This document shows positions 59,470 through 64,000 of a stretch of DNA of 64,000 nucleotides, in pieces. Source of the stretch: Psilocybe cubensis (Eukaryota); contig CM039002.1 of assembly GCA_017499595.2 (NCBI GenBank), positions 620,001 through 684,000 on the forward strand, read 5' to 3'. A model generated the notes under the pieces. The model saw only the letters and a list, made by a program, of their open reading frames with translations, was not told the DNA's origin and searched no databases. The translations under genes and the position numbers were made by a program. Within the stretch, counting starts at the first letter, position 1, and each line of letters starts with the position of its first letter.

Positions 59470-60175
59470 GCTGTTCGATAGAATCTCATATCTATTTGGC
59501 AGTCCTCTGATGTAAACAGCGATCATAGTATGAGGCATTGCCATACTTACCCCAATACAACCCTTCTCCAAAAATCCACAGAGATGTTCGCGATAAAACT
59601 TTGGGATTGGATGCACATGCCCTGCATTTATTTTCTATCGGTACATTCATTCGGCAGGCGTTGTGACAGCGGGCAAGACATTGACCGCAGCGTCGCCGGA
59701 AGATATGATGTCGATGGAGTTTGCTGTGTTTCTTCTCAATAGAATCAAAAGCAAGACCAAATAGAGAAGATGTGGATAGGTTTCGGATAATCACTTTCGA
59801 TGCCCCTATCTCTACAACGGAATTGATATACGAGTGCGATGCATTGAACTTTTAAGTACGATAAACCTGAAAGCCTTGCAAATTGAATGGCCTTAATAGA
59901 GAGTGAGTCGTGCGGCGGAAAGTGGCAAGACGAATGGTACGCACCATATTGCCTTAAACAATTGGAGCCACCGAGAATGACTATTGGAGTGTTGTCATGT
60001 TTACCCCGAGCCTTTTCAATTAGTGGTGGTTTGATTCCAAGGTCAAAATCAGGCTCTTTAAAGAGGCCTAAAAAGTCAGAGGTAATGTGGAAATTTCATT
60101 GTACGAAAGCTTGGGGGTACTGAAATGTCGATTGGGGCAGCAGCTGGACCTCATACTTTCGAAAAGGAGGGTAAC
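59470..60175 (-). pseudogene. degraded enoyl-reductase-like relic, inverted paralog of ER2
   Basis: Residual HVHPIPKFYREHLCGFLEKG and TPIVILGGS; the intron sequence TACCATTCGTCTTGCCACTTTCCGCCG is shared with ER2 (~14586-14611). Deletions and frameshifts present; the 5' exon is missing. Confidence 0.85.
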
Positions 60176-60492
60176 GATATATTGCGAAATTCTGGAAGAA
60201 CTGAACGTTGCGGAATTTCATGAACACGCTTCCTGCGTTCGGGCATAACGAATTTGCTTGATGCAGGTAGTAAACAAAGTGGCCAAAGTCGAAACAACAA
60301 AATTACAACTTCGTTCGAACTCCGCGCCAACTCCGATTTCTAATCTCGTGACATGCTTCTGATTTCATCAGGCTGGAGAAACCTTCACCGGAACCGATAG
60401 ATCAACGCTACACATTGTCGCCACACCACACGCACGGCCGACATCGATTCACATTCGCTATTAACTACTCTAAAACTCTATAAGTTATCAAA

Positions 60493-62032
60493 ATGCCTCC
60501 CAAAGGAAAGCAATCCCAGGGTTCCTCCAACAAAGTAAAGGAGGACAAGGTAATCTGATACCTAGTTCTGTGCGCAGTGGAATTGGATCATTGACCGCAA
60601 TGGCATACAGACTTTTGGGATGAAAAACGTCAGTGTTTACTTCTATTCCCCGTTCCAATGAGATGGTTTCAAGACTCAAAGTAATGGATCAACTGTGGAG
60701 AGTTTTGCATCCACCATTTTTCGACCTACGAATGAACTCCCCAAACTCACACATGCTTCCTCTTTTGTAGAAAAACAAATCAGCGAAAGTCAAAGCTGAA
60801 GTAGCGCGCATCCAACAACAAGCTTCTATGGCCGGAAAGTCACGCGATACCCTCGAGAAAGAGAAAGAAAAGGCTTTGCGTGCGAAGGCTGCCGCCGAGG
60901 AGGAGAAACGTAGAAAGGAGGAAGCTGCGCTCCTCAAGCCCGTTCAGACGCAGAAAGTGCCTTTTGGAGTAGACCCAAAGACAGTTCTTTGTGCGTTCTA
61001 CAAGGCCGGGACTTGCGAAAAGGGGAACAAGTGCAAATTCAGTCATGACCTCAATGTGGGGAGAAAAGTCGAGAAGAAGAATTTGTATTCGGATGACAGG
61101 GAGGACAAAGATAAGCTTACAGGTATGATTTATTTCTACATGTCAATGAATTGGATATGGTACCCTTGAGACTAACGTGGTTCGATCTGCCTTTGTTCAG
61201 ATACTATGGATACCTGGGACGAAGAGAAATTGCGAAAAGTCGTGCTATCCAAGGCTGGTAATCCTAGAACAACGACAGATGTACGTCGCTTTTTTCTCGT
61301 GGTCCTATCTTTGTAAATGTCAATAACATTGGCTTTCAGATCGTCTGCAAACATTTCATCCAAGCCATCGAGACCCAGAAGTTTGGTTGGTTCTGGGAAT
61401 GTCCAAACGGCGAGGGTTGCCAGTACCGTCATGCTCTACCTCCAGGTTTCGTCCTCAAATCGCAAAAGAAAGCTGCGGAGGATGCGGCAAAAGCTAATAC
61501 CATCAGTTTGGAAGAGTTCTTGGAAGTCGAGGTACGTTTTATATGCTTTATAATGCAGTGTTGTTATTGCTGCTAATCTTTTTCTTTGTCTTTCAATGCA
61601 AGCGTCATAAATTGGGTAGTAATCTTACGCCAGTCACCCCGGAGACATTTGCCATCTGGAAGAAGACTAGGATGGACAAGAAACAGGCGGAACTCGATGC
61701 CCTGAAGAAGGCCAAGGATCTCCAGAATAGCATGGGCAAGAGCAGCGGTATGAGTGGAAGAGATCTGGTGCGCTCTGCCTCACTCTTATTGCATTCCAAT
61801 GTTGATGATTCATGGTTATTATGTACAGTTCCAATACAACCCCGAATGGTTCGAAGACGACGAAGACGACGACGGGTCAGACGACTGGGATCTGGAGCAG
61901 TACAGACGAGAGAAAGAGAAGGAGGATGCAGAGGAGGAAGCGCGGGCACATGGCAGGGTTCAGGAAGGTCCTGCCGATTCGGATACATTATCGGAAGACA
62001 AGGGCGAGGGCGGAAGTGGTGGGACACATTGA
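60493..62032 (+). CDS. TMA46: translation machinery-associated protein 46 (ZC3H15/DFRP1 family, CCCH fingers)
   Basis: [113 protein letters not shown]. Confidence 0.93.
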
Positions 62033-62262
62033 ATGCCTATGTTTCTCCCGTTATTTTCTTCTTTCTTACCATTCCCATTCTATGTAAACCGACCTTGTTG
62101 TCGGTTTCCTGGAATGCATTTGTATAGTAGGATGGACAACGCCGCATCTAGCATTCAATTATTCTTCAACGTGCTCATATAGTAATTGAAGTTCACAGTG
62201 AAACGTACAGCAGGTCAGGCCTTGGATAGCGAACAAAATACAAAAAACAATACGTAGATGAA

Positions 62263-63580
62263 TCAATCCTCATCGCTCCCGTAGTCCGCCAGTCCCAATC
62301 CTGTCGGCTTGGCTGCGGGTGGGGGAGCACGCTGTTGTGGTGCTGGGGCACCGCCGTGTCGTTTGCGAATTTCCGCGAAATATTTGAGACCTTCTAGCGT
62401 GTCTGCGCTCAACAACCCATTTGCCTGGATAGGTTGCTCAGGCACGTCCTCTATCCTTCTCCTTTTGCTATCAGGCTGGTCATCATCTACTTGATGCTCC
62501 AGCTCCTGTCGTTGATCGTCACTATCATACTCTTCATCTGGTGGCAATGTTTCCCCTTCCTCCAGAGCTCTTACGGATCTCATGGCGTCCACAATTCTTG
62601 GGTCCATTTTGGCCTTGATAGCTTCTTGACCCATTTCCTCCAATCTGCGCTTCTCGGCAACCTTTTGAACGGGATTGGGATCCTCCGTTGCCCAGCGCAC
62701 ATTAAGGATTTCGTCATTGTCGAGAGACTGGCACGCCATAGCTTCCTTAGCAAACTGTGCGTGGAACTCAGAGACGTACGTCACGAAAGCAACGCTCCTA
62801 TATTGCAGGACACGTACTAGATTGGGGAAAAGAGAACGTTGATCAGTTATCCGTGAAAAGACAGAAGAACAAGCAGAACGTAAACATACTCCGTTCAATG
62901 GTTCCCCACTCCCTGAAATGCCTCGCAACGACCTCCTCAGTTTCCTGTCCATTGCCTGTCTCCTTGATGCGTCCAACATACAGCGTCCGATTCTGTCTGT
63001 TGAAGCTTCCAACACCACCCATGTCGTCTCTGTAGTCTGCGAACTTGTCACGGGCGAAGCAATCCTTCGACGAGTCAGGCAAGTCATCCTTCGCGTCAGG
63101 GAGGGTGTGTCGGTACTCGCATTCCCAGCCGTACGGGCAGCAGCCGCGGGAAAAGAAGAGGCAAATGTATTTCATCCCAGTCGTGTTGGCGCGCGTGAGC
63201 CCCGAGTCGCGTTTAATGCTGCATCGTGTTTGGGATTTTGTTTTGCTGTAATGGGGGTTATATGGTAAGCATATCGACTTGCGTATTGTATTGTACGTTA
63301 AAAACTTACTTTGAGTAACTGTCTTCACGGTCACCCCCTGCCCACTTGTTATACCAAATATCTATTCGTGGTGGACGGTGTAAGATCATGTATTGCGTGA
63401 ACATGGTAAGGTCTGAAACTACGTACTATATTCTTTTCCCGTCTGAACAGTCTCCTCTTTCACGACATCTCCGGGTTTGACCTGCTTTCGAGCAGGCTTT
63501 AGCTTTTTGGGTGGTTTGGGTGCTTGTGGTATCGGTGTTGGCGCAAGAATTTCAGCTTCAGTTGGAGCAGTAGTCGGCAT
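62263..63580 (-). CDS. CWC2: pre-mRNA splicing factor CWC2 (Torus/CCCH + RRM)
   Basis: KPARKQV, NIWYNKWAGGDRED, CLFFSRGCCPYGWECEYRH, DCFARDKFADYRDDMGGVGSF, RTLYVGRI, AQFAKEAMACQSL, LNVRWATEDPNP. Confidence 0.95.
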
Positions 63581-64000
63581 ATTATGTGATAGGTTATACA
63601 ATAGTTGCAAGGAATGATATAGCGGCCGAGTAAGAGGGAAACTTGGAATTGCAGTGTCAGAGTCAGCGAGCAAGATCAATTCACGAACATTGTCACGTAA
63701 GGCCGTGACGAATCACCGCGTCACATGTTCAGAGGCTGTTGTCTGTCACGGTGGTTCTGCACGGTGTTCATTTTCTTTCATTAATTATGTCTCGTAACTT
63801 TTCTCATTAGAACGCGCTCAATGCCCTCTTGTTGATTGAGTCTAAGCGCGTGCTTTCGAGAAAACATCAAGCCTCAGGATGGGCGGCTTTCTTTCCCTAT
63901 CTACTTACACCTGCCCATCTTCAAAAGCGCAAGTCCCTGTCTAAGAGGCAAAGTCTCTAGAGTATGTGCATTATAATTACCCTCGCTTGGCCTCTCCTGA

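Noticed and set aside
1-64000. tRNA or rRNA genes
   Set aside because: No cloverleaf or rRNA-like sequence was recognised by eye; a tRNAscan-SE/Infernal run is needed to exclude them.

Overview
Intron-rich fungal genomic DNA with ~50-60 nt GT-AG introns; the gene content points to a basidiomycete (Agaricomycete). All calls come from manual reading and splicing, with no database searches run. Housekeeping genes (DHHC palmitoyltransferase, ORC1, ADP1-like ABCG transporter, ALG12, Crz1-like C2H2 factor, TMA46, CWC2) are interleaved with a local duplication hot spot. That hot spot holds five intact MDR/enoyl-reductase-like genes plus one relic, four cytochrome P450 genes and a GST relic, and its right part (54.4-60.2 kb) is a mosaic inverted copy of left segments. 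The main discovery is an 8,277-bp DNA transposon (31155-39431) inserted in exon 1 of a P450, with a perfect 9-bp target-site duplication (CGAGTAGTG). It has only degenerate terminal inverted repeats but subterminal arrays of a CGGACAGTCCG palindrome. It carries two convergent, apparently intact genes: a CxC5/CxC6-type KDZ-like transposase and an 877-aa accessory protein with Cys clusters, an RTC4-like domain and SIM-like motifs. Between them lies captured host cargo: a truncated FAD monooxygenase and a short sequence present once with and once without its intron. Other highlights are a probable 1-nt exon (position 5259) completing the DHHCPW motif, gene-conversion-like homogenisation of two inverted P450 copies, a hairpin at a duplication breakpoint, and a P450 with two dead splice sites.
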